Notes: generated by a model from the letters alone, not told the origin. A DNA stretch of 64,000 nucleotides from Chrysomallon squamiferum (GCA_012295275.1 CM022674.1:6944001-7008000); one strand, 5' to 3'; shown: positions 25,618 to 38,177, counted from the first letter of the stretch. Numbers and translations: made by a program.

Positions 25618-28600
25618 GTAATAATAGTAATAATAATAGTAATAATAACAATAACAGTTATGATAATGATGATGAGTATTTAATTTAAATATCATTAAGT
25701 ACCTATCATTTCAATTTTTATCAAACTTTATAACTTTATAATTAAAATTAAAAATATAACTACTAAGGCTGGATCATAAAATCATACAATCAATTAATAA
25801 AGGCTTTATCTCAGATATTTTGCTGATATTTGGGATGGTAGTATAGTACTAGCAGTAGTAGTAGTAATAATTAAAATCAACAATACAACTGACCTCATTT
25901 TTTAATATATATATATTTTTAAAACCATTATTCATTATTTTGTCCTGTTAATGGTTTTATTATTTTTGGCACCTTGATGTATCAGAAAATGTCCTTTCTC
26001 CCCCCACCCCCAAATTTCCTCACCATAAATCTTTGTTAGGTGATCCATATACAGCAATCATCATGTTTCATACTGACGTAAATATACTTAATAAATCCTC
26101 AATAGAAAACAATAAATAAATTTTAATAATCATGTTGTGATGTATGTGAGTTACAAAAAAAAATAATAATAATAAAAAAGAAGTTAAAAAGGTACATTTT
26201 TCACATGAATAAGCATCAAAACATGCTGAGAGAAGTTAATTAACTCTGAAAATACATGCTTAAAGCAAATCGGCCATAAACTTAAAGAATGACAAGACTG
26301 AGAAATATATTTTTTAAGTAAGCAGTTTGATCATTAGGTCTTTATCCAATATATATGACATTCAGTGAAGCATTCAGTCAGAAACTACAGTTAGTATTGT
26401 CACCTGTGACAGGTAACAAGTTTTTAATACCAGGTGACAGCAGGTGAACATTTTTTTTTTTTAATTTGCTTTGTTTCCAAATGATGAAATAAATACATTA
26501 CATCTACAAATCAACAGAGATATAAAATATATAACTTAAGCAAAATAATTATATTTAACTGGGAATGTGTCCTATTATGACTGCAAGGAATAATAATTAT
26601 AATTTGAAGTTACCTATTAAAACATAAATTCATTGTAATTAGTATTACAAACAACTTATATTAACTTCATACTGAAAACATTCACTCAAAATGTGTCAAA
26701 TCCCCAACATACATAAATAAATTACACCATATTCAACTATTGATAATATACTCAATTTTTATACAATATCAGCCTTGTTAAAGAATACATTTATTCTTCA
26801 TCTTGTAAAAAATCCAGTGATAAATATAACAGATTTTTTCCATTCTGTAATTAAAAATAAAATCCTATCCCAAATAGTTGTTTATGAAAAGCTATGGTAC
26901 TGCATTACTGTTTATGGGTAAATGCTTAAGATAGGTATCTTTCTGTATAAATTTTTATTATCTTTTGATAAATTAGAAATAAATAATAATAGTAGTCATA
27001 ATAGTAATAGCAGTAGTAGTAGTAGTAATAATAATAATAATAATAATAGTAATAATAATAATAATAATAAATGAATAATAAATAAAAAATGAATAAAAAT
27101 AATAATAAAAAACAAAAAAACCGACATGTAGTTTGTACCTAACACACTGACAATATCACATTATATTTACTTTTACATTACTAATATTAAACATATTGCA
27201 GAGATGCCAACACATTTATCACTGCAGCACACAAACACAAATAATAAAATGCCAACCTGACTGAAATCTAATATCAGTGTAATTAATTTTCTGCTAATAG
27301 AACTTTGACATTTCAGCTTTCTGTCACGTCACACAGAAAGACTGCCATGTATTATTTATTTAACACTTTTTGTGAGAAGGCAAACACAGTGGTTATGGAT
27401 AATACTCAGTAGTTGTGTAAAAACTATTTTATGGATACATATTGTATTTTGTTTTGTAAGAATTATTTACCAAGCAGTGTTTTTAAGTTTTTATTTCACA
27501 ATATTATTAACAGATTATTTTGACAATGGCAGAGTCCTCTTCATGTATTAAATAATGACAATAAATTTTTGCATTTATAAACAGGAATAAAAGCTAAACA
27601 GTAGAATTAAGTTAACATAGTATTCTCAAAATTAGAGAAAACTCCAACCCAAGTTCTATTTATACTGAAAAGCAACATATTTTTCATACAGGACAGCACA
27701 TTCCATGGCCTATTGCTAAAGCAGTAATAAGTCTGGAATGGGAAACAGCCCAAAAATTATTAAGAAATCATCTTCAGTCTATCTTCATATCAGTATCACC
27801 TTTACAGTCACGTTCAGATTTTTAGTTCCATATTTACTACACATTACTACACATGAAATGCAGATATTAATCATATTTATTGTAAAAGTCCATACTGGAC
27901 ACATAATGGGTTGTGTAAACATTTTCTTCAGCATCAATTAGCGAGTCCCTACACAGTTTTCTTAAATTACTACTTTTATGACAATTTTCCTAACCTTTCT
28001 TGGGTGATAGCATCAAAATTTAATAATAAATAAAAATATTTATTTTAGAAAAAAAAAAAAAATCATTAAAATTTAACAAGATTATCACCATTTAAAACTT
28101 TGAAAACAAAATGTGCCTTGTTTATATATAAATGATCTAAACACAGTAAAAATTACACCATTCAGCTTTGCTTTTACCAACTAAAACAACAGACAAAATT
28201 TAAACTGTTTAAATATTCTGGTTCAACTGTTAATTGAACGACAACATCTGTTTCTAACTGCAGTCTATTAAATTAGTGGTATTTTTTTTTGCGGTGTGGC
28301 TGAAGAGGGGATAATTATTTTCACTCTATTTATTTATTTGATTAAAACAGTCTGTGACATAACCAGATTTAGGCCCAGCAGAAAGCAGATGGATTGAAAT
28401 AAATATCTGTAATGACATGTTTCATTAATATTAATTAGGAATAGTTTTTTCCCTTTAATACTGGAAAGAAAACCTGACACTTTATGGGCACCTTTATTGG
28501 TTAGGATTACATCAGGAAGACTTATTTTATGTGCACTTTCTTTAGGGAATGGAATTCACATATGGACTTCGCTATGGCAGTAACAAAAGCAAGATAAGAT

Positions 28601-28807
28601 CATGAATTTTGATCCTATGACCTGTCATACTCAGGCCTGTGTTTTAACCACTGAATAACTTGCTTCAAAAGCAATGAAAATCAGAATTAAAAGATATTTT
28701 TTGGGAGATATGTCATGGTAAATATCTCTGCATATATCAAAACATGCTGGTGTGAATTATCAAGTGTATTAAGTATTTTCTTAATATATTTCCTGGTTAG
28801 AAGAAAA

Positions 28808-28841
<34 letters not shown>

Positions 28842-31800
28842 TACATTAATTATTTATACAGATAAAGCAATTAATTAGTCCATTAATTATGAAACTGTTT
28901 CATAGTTTGAAGAATAAATATTAAAGACAAATGTAAAATTATTATTTATAAAGATACAATAATAATTAGTCTTTAGTTATTTAATTTTTTTAATAGTGTA
29001 AGATTATTATTTATAGAGATAAAATTATGGTTAGTTCTTTATTAAGATACTGTTTTACAGCTTGAAGAAATTAATATTAAAGGTAAACAAATAACAATTT
29101 AAATACCACCTAAAGAACATGGCACTGAAAAATAAATCTGGCATCAATATTAACAACTGCAAGGTTAGAATGAATGTTTTTTTTTTTAATAACAACATTG
29201 TCGTTAACTTACATTGAGTAAAATGATATGCTTAATGATATGAGACAATTGTGTAGTTGAGTGGAATGATGTGTATAAAATATCTGGTACAATTGTATGA
29301 CACGAGAAAGTTGTACGATTAAGTAAAATGTTATGCATAATGACATAAAAAGTTGCACCAATGAGGAAATTATAGATGATGCAAGAACACTGTGTAGCCG
29401 AGGAAAACAAAATGTACAGTGACATGGGAATATTTTATGACTGAAAATAAATGTTATGCCTAATGATATGTGAATATTATATGGCTGAGTAAAATCATAT
29501 GCATAATGTTACAATAAAGTGTTTTTTTGAGCGAAATAACATAAAAAGGTTATATGGGTGAAAAAGTGTGAGGCTTAATGACAAGAACATTGTATGGTTG
29601 AATAAAATGTTATGCTTACTGATTCGTGAAAATTTTATATTCGAGTAAAGAGAAACGAATAATAATAGGAAAAAAGCTGTTACGGCAGAGAAATATTGTG
29701 TATTATGAATGATGCAAAAATAAAGTGGAATAAAAATTTAAATAAGAATTTACCTCTTCTAGCACCAAGAACTGAATCCGCTTCTGTGCAAGTGTCGCAT
29801 GGCTCATCGCGACTCACTACAGACGCGTTTGCACTGAAGATAAAATAATCACAATAAATATTTCATTGTGAAAAACATTTTAAAAAGAACACACCAGAAA
29901 AATATCAAGATTTAACCTTTCCAAAAAATAAACAAACAATAACAATAATAATAATAATTATTATAAGTTTAATTAAAAAAAAGTAAATAAGGATAAATTG
30001 TATTAATCAGAAGAGCTGTAATTAAAATATTTAATTTTTTCTTTAACCATTTTTATTCTTTACAACAACAAAAAATGTATGCTGGTATGCTATTTCGCAA
30101 TCATTTATGTAAATGTCATGACATACAGTAAAACAACTGTTTTTAAATAACTATGTATTTCTTTTTCAAATTAAAATCAAACACCAATATTTAAAATTTT
30201 AATAAACAAAATTTATAAAAAATAAAAAAAATTATTTTACTTTATATTTTATTACATTTTTCTGACGACAACGTATTAAGTTATTTCATGGTTTATAAAA
30301 AATGACGATGTTGCACTTACTGAAAGGAAGGTGGCCGACTGTCACCGATGCCACCCACACGTTCAGTAGGCAGTTGCACTACGTCCCCAGCCTGCGAGTC
30401 TGTGCACTGCGACTGTGTGTCTGAGGCACTGTTGTCTGCCGGTACCAGCTGAAACAAAACACGTTACATCTCATTTACTCAAATCATTAAAATGCATTTT
30501 AAAATTCTCAGTACATTTTAAATAAACAAACCACTGAATCACTATAAGAGGAATATAAAAATGAAATAATACTAACATTTTTAAAATATCTATGTATATA
30601 AAATCCTCTTTTTTTTTCTCTCTCGATATTTAGTCATTAAATTAAATGAAACACATATCTGGTAATTAATTTTATTTTTTTTTTTTTTTTTTTAAATAAA
30701 AACAAACCTTAGTTACATAAATAAATGAATAATTCATGACTGATGTAAAAAAACACAAATTAAGGACATGTGGCTAATTCTGGGTTAATTTTAGGATTTA
30801 TTTTTTGGGCCAGCAAATTGTGTGGTGTGCAATAAATTCAGTATGTTAACTACTGCCTGTCAAGTAAACTCAGTAACAATATATCCAATTACTGAAATTA
30901 AGTTCGCAAATTTATTAGGAACCTGACTCTCAGTTTCAATTCTGAGTAATGCCACTGAAGCTATATTATTAAAAAAAAATAATAATAATAATAAAAAGAA
31001 ATAAATAAATTACAAATAATTATTAAAAACAACAATGATATAAATGTTTCAAAATATTAATTTTTATTTTTATAAACTGCTCCTATGAAGTATTGATTTT
31101 TAAATCTAAAATAATGAAAAATAAACTATTTTTTAAACATGTTTTATTGTTTTGGGTTTTGTTTGTTGGTTGGTTGCTGTTCTTTTTTTGCTTAATAATA
31201 ATAATAATAATGTGAATACTTTAGCATGTATTTCAACAGTTTCAAACTGAATAGTATATCTGCCTTTCTTACATTCCAAATTGCTTGAAGTAGAATTCAT
31301 AAAGTTTACCAAAAATGGAATATTTTATTATCACTTATCTTCTCAACAATTTACAAAAAGTAAAAATAAACAAAAAAAGTTAAAAAAAAAAAAAAAATCT
31401 AACAACACAAAAAAGCAAAACAAAACATAATAAAACAAATGCTGAATGGGAAATAATATTAATATAATTTTAACTGTAGAGATTTCTTGGTGTTTCATTT
31501 TGGTTTTTGTTCTACAATTGTTTACTTTCTTATTTTAAAGAAATATATACAAACATTCTCAGGTTTTATTTCAGTATGATAATTTTTAAATATATAAATC
31601 AAAAGTTAACAAAATATTTCAAGACCGTTTTATAAAGTACATGACTAAAAAGTTTAATGCAATATTTTGATGTCTCACTATGCTTTGACCTTCATGAAAT
31701 TAAAATGAGCTATTTTTAAAATATATAAATATTAATATCAATAACACTAAATAAAAAATAAATGAATAATTTAAAATGAGAGTATTCAAAAACCAGTTAT

Positions 31801-34574
31801 TTATATTTTACTAGATGATGCAATATTCGTCATACCTGACTGCATTTATGTCAACGAACATCAGTATTTACATATATGTGATTAGTAAAATGTATGCATT
31901 TACACATAAATACAACGAATGTATGATACATACCCATGAAACTACACGACCGTTAAAGCAAGGCAAATGAGCTTCATCATCAATTATTTCTTCTTTCACC
32001 ACTCTGAAAAAAGGATAGAAAATGTTTTATTAAAATTGTTTTGAAACTTTTCCAGTACAATGTTTTAACAAAATACAAATAAATATTCTTTGGTCTATAC
32101 AAAATAAAGTTAAATCAATTTATTTCAACAAACACTGAGTGGACAACACAGTAAATTATATTATTTCTACTAGCCGGTGTACATTCAAATTCAAAATCTT
32201 GCTATTCTTAGAATTATATTTTATCAAGTACAGGACAAAATGTTTTTGGATGTTTTTGGTTCATATATATATATAAAAAATAATTTTAAAAAGATACATA
32301 AAAAATAAATTATTTTATGTTAATGCTAATTTATAAATAACATTCTTATCACAATCAAGATTATCATTATGTTAATAAACTGAATCAAAGAAATTTGGTA
32401 AAAAAACTAGCTTTTGTTCATTTCCCAAATACCTGTTGAAATCAACCATATTTAGGGATCAAGTGACTGAGCTGATCCAGCTATGAATCTGTCAGATGTC
32501 AGAAAGAATTGCATTGTTACACAGAATAAAACAACACCTGAACAGCTATCGGTTTTGTAAAGGTTAGAGGTTAACATCTTGGTTAAAAGTAATACAAAGA
32601 GAGTGTTGTAGGAGGGTGGTGGTTGTCTGTTAAAGTATCCATTTTTGCTTTTATTGTATTATTTTATTTTCTGCCAAAAAATAAAAACCAGCAGCGCTAC
32701 TCAGAAATTAGACTTGTTATATTTGTATTTTTCCATATAAAAACAAAATTATTGGTTTATCTTCCTTGTCTCTTGAAATAAATGTAATATGAGGTGGCTG
32801 ATATAATAATACATTTTAAAAAAAAAATCCAATTATCAAACAAAAATGGATTTTGAAACAAACTACAAAACAAAACAAAACAAAAAAAACCTTATTTTCA
32901 CAAAACTGTACAACTAACCAACTGAAAATGGTCAACAATATTATAAGGTAAAAAAGAACAAAGACTAAACTCAGAATGACTAAAACCTCCACAGTTGTGG
33001 TATAAAATGAAAATAGTCCTGTGACGGTTTATTGTGGAATTCTAGACAACTCATACTCAGGTCTGAGACTGAAGTCTGTATTTAGTGGAATTTATTTTGT
33101 TGGTATTTAGATCTGCCAACAAAAAACTATTAGACATCTATATATCCTTTTTAATTTTCACTGCTGATAAAAATAACTAACTTATTGGAGTTATTTTTTT
33201 CCTGATGATGTTTAAGCAGACAATCTACCTACTTTGCAGAAATAATTTTCATCTACAACTTATGTTCAAGTTATGAAACAAAACATTAGATTCAATTTAA
33301 TATTCAGTTCAGTTTATTAATACATTAGATATAATATAAAAACATACATGATACAAACATTATGAATTACATATATGTATATATTTTTTGGTGCCCCCAC
33401 TTACAGACACACAATTAATTCTTCAGATGCCAAACTAATGAAAGAACTGGATGATAGATAGAAACTTAAAGGAATTAAAGAATAAGTATTCCTAACTATA
33501 ATTCATATTCAAGATGATTTATGAATGTCTCTATAAGGTGTTTTCATTTTTGTTGTTTTCTGACATGTATTGAATTTTTTTGTTTATGATATATTATAAT
33601 GTAGTGACTTCCATCTAATATTGTTATCAATACAATTTACCTCTGTTTAGCAGTGGCTTTGTATTAATAAGAAGGTTAATTTTCTTTTGCCTGGGATACA
33701 TTTAAATATTTTGTGAAGTCAAAAAAAAAAAAATAAAAAAAAAAAAAATTAATAATAATAATAATTATACATTAACATGGTCCTCATTTGTAATGCAAAT
33801 GGAGAACAAACAAAAGATTTTACTGATAAGACCTTAATAATCAATCTGTAATGACATATCTATTATCTGCATTATCAAGTATATAAGCACATATCATCAA
33901 ACTATATGGTATGTGCTGTCCTACTATAGAAAAAACCCAGTAAAATGTATCTTCTGTTTTATCTGAGAAGTATTTGTTTCTTCGGGGCAGCTATAAATAG
34001 TTAATTTACATGGCAGGTTTCGTTTAAACAATGTAATTATTTTAATTCACTTTTAAAAAATAAAATAATATAAAAAAATAAATGTAAGTTCGCTATGAAA
34101 ACAATATTTATATTGAAATTGCCTACGGTAATTCTTATCATTATATATCTTAAGTCATGCCATTATAAAGATACGGTAAACTTACTTCGTACTTCTACTA
34201 CTGTACAAATGTATTAGACTATTAGTATTACGAGAAGACGACTAACATAACAATCTTAGACACAACGATATTTTTTTCGACCAAGGATGATTCAGCTTAT
34301 GAACTTTAATAATAACAAACGAAAGTTAGTTAAAAATGCATTTCAATATTTGGAGCTAGTAACTGAAACGACTATACATATGACTGGATGTGAATTTCTT
34401 GACGAAAACTTACCCGAAGTCATCATCCATAGACTTAAAAAAGAATTTGAAATTCGGCCTGTTCAAGGCATTCTTAAAGTCTCCCAAAGTCACCCGATCT
34501 GCGGGGACCGGCAATTTAATAAGGTACGGAGTATCTTCATCATCTATGTGATAGATGATTTTTGTCTCCCCCAT
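1052..34574 (-). CDS. dvl: Dishevelled (segment polarity protein Dvl), whole gene span, 15 core exons, about 695 aa
   Basis: Exons join in phase: DIX ([11 protein letters not shown]...FNGRVVSW), basic region, PDZ ([21 protein letters not shown]...), DEP ([16 protein letters not shown]...[11 protein letters not shown]) and C-terminal [20 protein letters not shown]. All junctions are GT-AG. Confidence 0.97.
4059..4229 (-). CDS. dvl: Candidate alternative Dvl exon C ([14 protein letters not shown]...LRNRQA), 171 nt symmetric
   Basis: ttttcttctgccag acceptor, GCAG|gtcagt donor, phase 1-1, 57 codons with no stop. Confidence 0.55.
7470..7654 (-). CDS. dvl: Candidate alternative Dvl exon B (VAVKDCTC...RNSSSSFGL*), terminal or cassette
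   Basis: ttccattgttttgCAG TAG CAG tandem acceptors; about 60 codons open in the phase Dvl requires; GC-rich island; optional donor G|gtttgt at 7477. Confidence 0.55.
8448..8490. repeat. (TG)n microsatellite
   Basis: Direct reading. Many similar (TAA)n, (CA)n and (TA)n tracts occur, e.g. near 6910, 11042, 24274, 25567, 53997, 56540 and 57648. Confidence 0.97.
10191..10249 (-). CDS. dvl: Candidate alternative terminal Dvl exon A ([19 protein letters not shown])
   Basis: tattttctcag acceptor; phase 1 reads open to TGA; sits in a complex-sequence island. Confidence 0.3.
11560..11960. repeat. Degenerate repeat (about 43 bp) copying the Dvl exon 14 donor
   Basis: cttaccagaagca or cttatcagaagca-like motif near 11947, 11904, 11862, 11817, 11772, 11744 and 11566. 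Confidence 0.7.
11952..12242 (-). CDS. dvl: Dvl exon 14
   Basis: [29 protein letters not shown]...SAGSVHSAS; donor G|gtaaga. Confidence 0.93.
12549..12566 (-). CDS. dvl: Candidate 18-nt Dvl microexon (GPPQYP)
   Basis: ttttatcattttctccacag|GTCCACCGCAATATCCAG|gtatgt; strong sites on both sides, phase 1-1, in frame, GC-rich against an AT-rich intron. Confidence 0.72.
12971..13141 (-). CDS. dvl: Dvl exon 13 (DEP)
   Basis: [56 protein letters not shown]. Confidence 0.97.
14042..14173 (-). CDS. dvl: Dvl exon 12 (start of DEP)
   Basis: [45 protein letters not shown]. Confidence 0.97.
14566..14792 (-). CDS. dvl: Dvl exon 11 (end of PDZ, Pro-rich)
   Basis: [38 protein letters not shown]...SSIPESE; donor gtgcgt. 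Confidence 0.96.
15339..15467 (-). CDS. dvl: Dvl exon 10 (PDZ)
   Basis: [43 protein letters not shown]. Confidence 0.97.
15861..15948 (-). CDS. dvl: Dvl exon 9 (PDZ)
   Basis: [30 protein letters not shown]. Confidence 0.97.
16211..16280 (-). CDS. dvl: Dvl exon 8
   Basis: [23 protein letters not shown] (highly conserved pre-PDZ segment). Confidence 0.97.
16601..16697 (-). CDS. dvl: Dvl exon 7 (basic region)
   Basis: [16 protein letters not shown], an Arg-rich run, then HRPPPISR; gtgagt donor. Confidence 0.95.
17195..17333 (-). CDS. dvl: Dvl exon 6
   Basis: GPRINGH...[24 protein letters not shown] (conserved Dvl SSDLESTSF motif). Confidence 0.95.
17306..17440. repeat. 67-bp tandem duplication spanning the Dvl exon 6 acceptor, with degenerate copies to about 18200
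   Basis: tttattctaggacctacaaaacagcagtcatatgt occurs twice, 67 bp apart. Confidence 0.9.
18642..18656 (-). CDS. dvl: Candidate 15-nt Dvl microexon (VSFKC)
   Basis: ttctaacagttccatttcag|TATCTTTTAAGTGCA|gtaagt; in frame at phase 1-1. Confidence 0.5.
19260..19615. repeat. CA-rich minisatellite (about 44 bp)
   Basis: Repeated acatgtagatacaaactgcacacacaa. Confidence 0.85.
22305..22750. repeat. Direct tandem duplication of about 230 bp
   Basis: aatcaaataaaagataaa...ttctgagttcagttttagaaaattaaa.gttaggttggtgcatgaact occurs twice. Confidence 0.9.
24069..24137 (-). CDS. dvl: Dvl exon 5 (69 nt, symmetric, possibly cassette)
   Basis: cttctag|AC CGA CAC...AAT AAT G|gtaaga; [23 protein letters not shown]; phase 1-1, no stop. 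Confidence 0.75.
28470..28665 (-). mobile_element. Degenerate tRNA-derived SINE remnant
   Basis: The minus strand reads agttattcagtggttaaaac (A-box-like) ... ggtcataggatcaaaattc (B-box-like) at tRNA-like spacing, but no intact cloverleaf is visible. Confidence 0.4.
29210..29720. repeat. Degenerate tandem repeat (about 39 bp) next to the Dvl exon 4 donor
   Basis: Recurrent gagtaaaatgttatgcataatgacat...ttgtatg units. Confidence 0.75.
29754..29833 (-). CDS. dvl: Dvl exon 4
   Basis: [26 protein letters not shown]; phases 2/1 bridge exon 3 to the downstream exons. Confidence 0.88.
30321..30448 (-). CDS. dvl: Dvl exon 3
   Basis: [17 protein letters not shown]...[17 protein letters not shown] (conserved Dvl motif); phases 0/2. 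Confidence 0.95.
31934..32003 (-). CDS. dvl: Dvl exon 2 (DIX)
   Basis: [23 protein letters not shown]; tttcag acceptor, gtatgt donor. Confidence 0.96.
34414..34574 (-). CDS. dvl: Dvl exon 1 (start, DIX)
   Basis: [54 protein letters not shown]; donor GG|GTAAGT. Confidence 0.96.
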
Positions 34575-36092
34575 CCCGGAGGATGTGATAATTCAGATAC
34601 AATCTTAGGGAATCCCTCTTCTGCCAGCACAAAAATGGCGTCCAAATATTTTTACCCACTGTCTGTCAGTATGAGGTTCGAAGGGATATGCTCAATGCCA
34701 TCCCTTGACACAATTCCCACAAAGACATTGCTAAAAAACGTAATTTAGTTATCTAAAATGTTCTGTAAGTCAATAGATGATTATTAATTACTATTTAGAA
34801 GATAAATTATTTATCATGAATATATTGCTGGTAATTAAATAAATTAGAGAAATTTAATTTCCAGTCCCTCCGACCATCTGGTAATACAACCCTACTTTTA
34901 TTGATCAGTAGTATTTTGAAGGCATTATTAGTTTTGTCAAAAATTAAAATGTAATGCAACACATTTGTCTAGATAATAAGGTTGCACAGATATTAATCAA
35001 ATAATAAGGGTAACATAATTTAATCGATATTATTAAAATTTAACATAAAGAAATAATGTTTCAAAAACATTCGTAGGAGGTGAAAACAACAGCAGTCAAT
35101 AAAAAGCAAAGGGAGTTAATCAATCTGTGTTAGATTGGTTATTTTTACTCGTAACATCGTTAAACATTGGTATAAAACAAATGACCGTATGCGTTTCCGT
35201 AAAATACCGCAAAGTTCCAAAAATGTTGTCCGGAATTATAACATTAATTTATATACCAAAATTAATTAAATTACATGACAGTAAAAATAAAATAAAATAT
35301 TCTTGAATAAAGACAAGAGAACTGCAAGATATCAAATTATTATATGAATAAAATTTTAAATATTTTGTTTTCGAAACTTTTGTCATTATTAATAATAAAA
35401 ATAATAATAATGGAAATTAAAAATATTAACTTAGATTCTGTAAATTTTACAGATAATATATATTTAGAATTTACGGTAATTTTATTATTATTTGTTATTT
35501 ATTTATTTATTTATTCATCATATTATTTTATTATTATGTGTGCATACACTTTATATACTTGTTATGAAGAATTGATGTTTATGATGTGGACAGATCGTAT
35601 AAAGTAGCTTAAATAAAATAACAACTATTTTATTGTAATATTTTGGTATTCACTTTAGATTATTCTCATAATAAAAAATAATAATTGGATTTAAATGAAT
35701 AAATATTGTTTTTTAAATATTATTTTTATATATATAATTGCACTGTTATTTAAATCATTGACTTATTATTATATATATTGAAGCATATGTTTTTAAAATT
35801 AAAGTAATTATTTTCTTGGATATATTTTTTATTTATCTATCTATTTGACTCCTTAGCCTGTCATTCTATCTATCTATCTACTTATTGAAAAAAATCATGA
35901 ATAAGTAACCTATTCTTCGTGATGAATTAAAGATAGAAAATAGAGTATCGTTTAACTGGCACTTTGCTGCCTTTTAACATAAATACAGTAAGCCAACCGG
36001 AAGTTCCGAAACTATCCCAAAATAGGAATTTTAGCTGTGTGCTTTTTGATCTATGTTTTTCTGTCAATTTTGTGTATTTTAATTTGTCTGAG
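34575..36092. promoter_or_regulatory. Divergent (likely shared) promoter region of Dvl and MIB2
   Basis: Head-to-head genes; locally CpG-containing patches; YY1-like AAAATGGCG near 34632; perfect ETS site ACCGGAAGT at 35996-36004; likely MIB2 non-coding first exon ending GAG|gtaggt at 36092. Confidence 0.6.
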
Positions 36093-37064
36093 GTAGGTTT
36101 ACCGTTTCGTAGTTACGGTGCACATTCTTAATGTTTTAGAACGAATTAAATATTTTCTATAGGATATATGAAGCTCTGAATCTAGTTTTATTGATATATT
36201 GTAGTTCCGTAATTTACGGATTACTGGCACTGTGACAGTGGCAGTAGACCACAAGCTTATGCCGAAACGTCACCCATTTCCCAGAACCTTTTCGTTCAGT
36301 TTCTAGTCAGAAAAGTAGAACCAAGGTAGTTTCAAAGCAGGGTATTGCTATTTATAGTTGCATCAGATAAGGGGGAAAAATTCGCAAACTTGAACTTACT
36401 AATAGTATTTATTTTAAACTTTACTGTAATTTGTAAATAAATAAAAATAGTAAAACTACCAAAAGTATAAATGGAGTTCTTCATTAAATTAATTAAGTAA
36501 TCAAGTTTAATGCTTTAAAATAAGTCTGAAATTGGATAAATGAACTTTTAGAAGATATTTACAAAAGTTCAGCTGTTAATATAAATTAAAGAAAAATTAT
36601 TTGGAGTCAGTGACTTTTCAACTTCAGCAATCTTGTTTTGAGTGAAGTTGTTCTTGTGATCATAGACTGATAGAGAAAACAATGTCTGGCAATTTAGCTG
36701 CAGCTCTATCTTGCCATGGGTGAAATTGCTGCAAGTTCCAATTTCATGCTGGACAAAGTCACTGTATATGTTATAGTTTTAAAAATAAAACACATTAATA
36801 TTAACTTATTATCATTCACTGGTTCAGTTTATTTTTTGATATTTGTAATAATTTGTAGATTGCATATTTGTACTGAGTATTCCAACTTTTAGCATTTTTA
36901 ATAAAGAATATGTCCAGAAATAAATGAATTATGAGAAATATATAATTTTCAGATTGTTTTACATACACTAACATTATTTTATGCCACAGAATTATTAAAA
37001 GTTATTTATATAAGCTGTTTATTAATTTTATATGGAATTCATGTTTAGACTTATATCCTGTTCT

Positions 37065-37156
37065 CAGGCTATCTTCTTATAATCCAAAATCTGAAACATT
37101 CTGAAATCTGAAACAGTTCCAGTCCTGAACATTTTGGATAAAGATTTCTCATGTAT
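37065..37156. mobile_element. Possible pogo/Tigger-like DNA transposon terminal remnant
   Basis: Inverted atccaaaat/attttggat pair; tctgaaac...cattttggataa resembles Tigger-type subterminal sequence (from memory, not searched). Confidence 0.3.
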
Positions 37157-37954
37157 GTTGAATTGGTTTAGAATGATTAATTATCCTACATCTGCTCATT
37201 AGCATCAAAGGCTGCATTTGATATAAAACAACTGACTCCAGATAAGCAGATACCATTCACATTTGAATACATACTTTGGTTGTATTGATTTATGAATGAT
37301 TATAACTAAATAAGATTAGTCATTGTTATATCCATTTTAAACATGGCAAATTCACACTGAAATAATAAGAATTTTATAAAACTATATTTGTACTCAGGTT
37401 AATTTTAAACTATAATTTGAAAGTATTCATCTTATTTGTTTACTTACACTGCCAGATTTAATCCATTTTTGATTGTTGTTTTTTTTTTTTCATTTCATTT
37501 TATTATTATAGGTTTCAGACCATAGAAAGGAAATTTTAAGAAGTTAAAAATATGAATACATACATTGTTTCATTACATGTGTATGTATATGTGGATGTAT
37601 TAAAATTGAATTGTAGTTACCTATTCATGGCATGATAAAAGTTTCTGCAATACTTATTTATTACTTCTGTACAGAGAAAGTTCTCAAGCTGAATAATCAC
37701 AAAAGAACTTTTTACCTGTCTTGAAAAGTTTCACTGTATAAGTATTACTTAATACAAAGAGGTAGAGAGCTGCAGCTGCTTAATATTTTTATTTTATTTT
37801 AAACCAACATTATTTGTAAAATTATATCTTTAAAATGTTTATTTTATTTTATTTTATTATATTTTTTTTTTATTAGTGTATTTATTTTAATTTTTTTGTA
37901 AAATTTATTTTAATTTTTTTGTAAAATTGATTTACTATTACACAGATTTAATCT

Positions 37955-38177
37955 ATGGAGGTTGGACTCAGGGTTGTCCGGGGACCTGATTGGAAATGGG
38001 GTAACCAAGATGGAGGTGATGGTCATGTGGGAACAGTTGTCGAGATCGGCAAACCTATGAGCCAGACGTCGCCTGATAAAACTGTCGTTGTTCAGTGGGA
38101 TTCTGGTGCCAGAACCAACTACCGGGTTGGGTACCAGGCAGCATACGATCTGAGAATTCTAGACAATGCTCCTACTG
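37955..38177 (+). CDS. mib2: MIB2 coding exon 1 (MIB_HERC2)
   Basis: [29 protein letters not shown]...LDNAPT; acceptor ends 37945, donor G|gtatgt. Confidence 0.95.

Noticed and set aside
26024-26072. 49-nt AG...GT segment as a Dvl cassette exon
   Set aside because: It has an immediate TGA in the Dvl frame, a length not divisible by three, and a poor pyrimidine tract.
28600-28665. tRNA gene
   Set aside because: Only degenerate A/B-box-like motifs with no complete stems; treated as a SINE remnant.
34287-34748. 153-aa plus-strand ORF
   Set aside because: Antisense shadow of Dvl exon 1 and its leader, with no recognisable motif.
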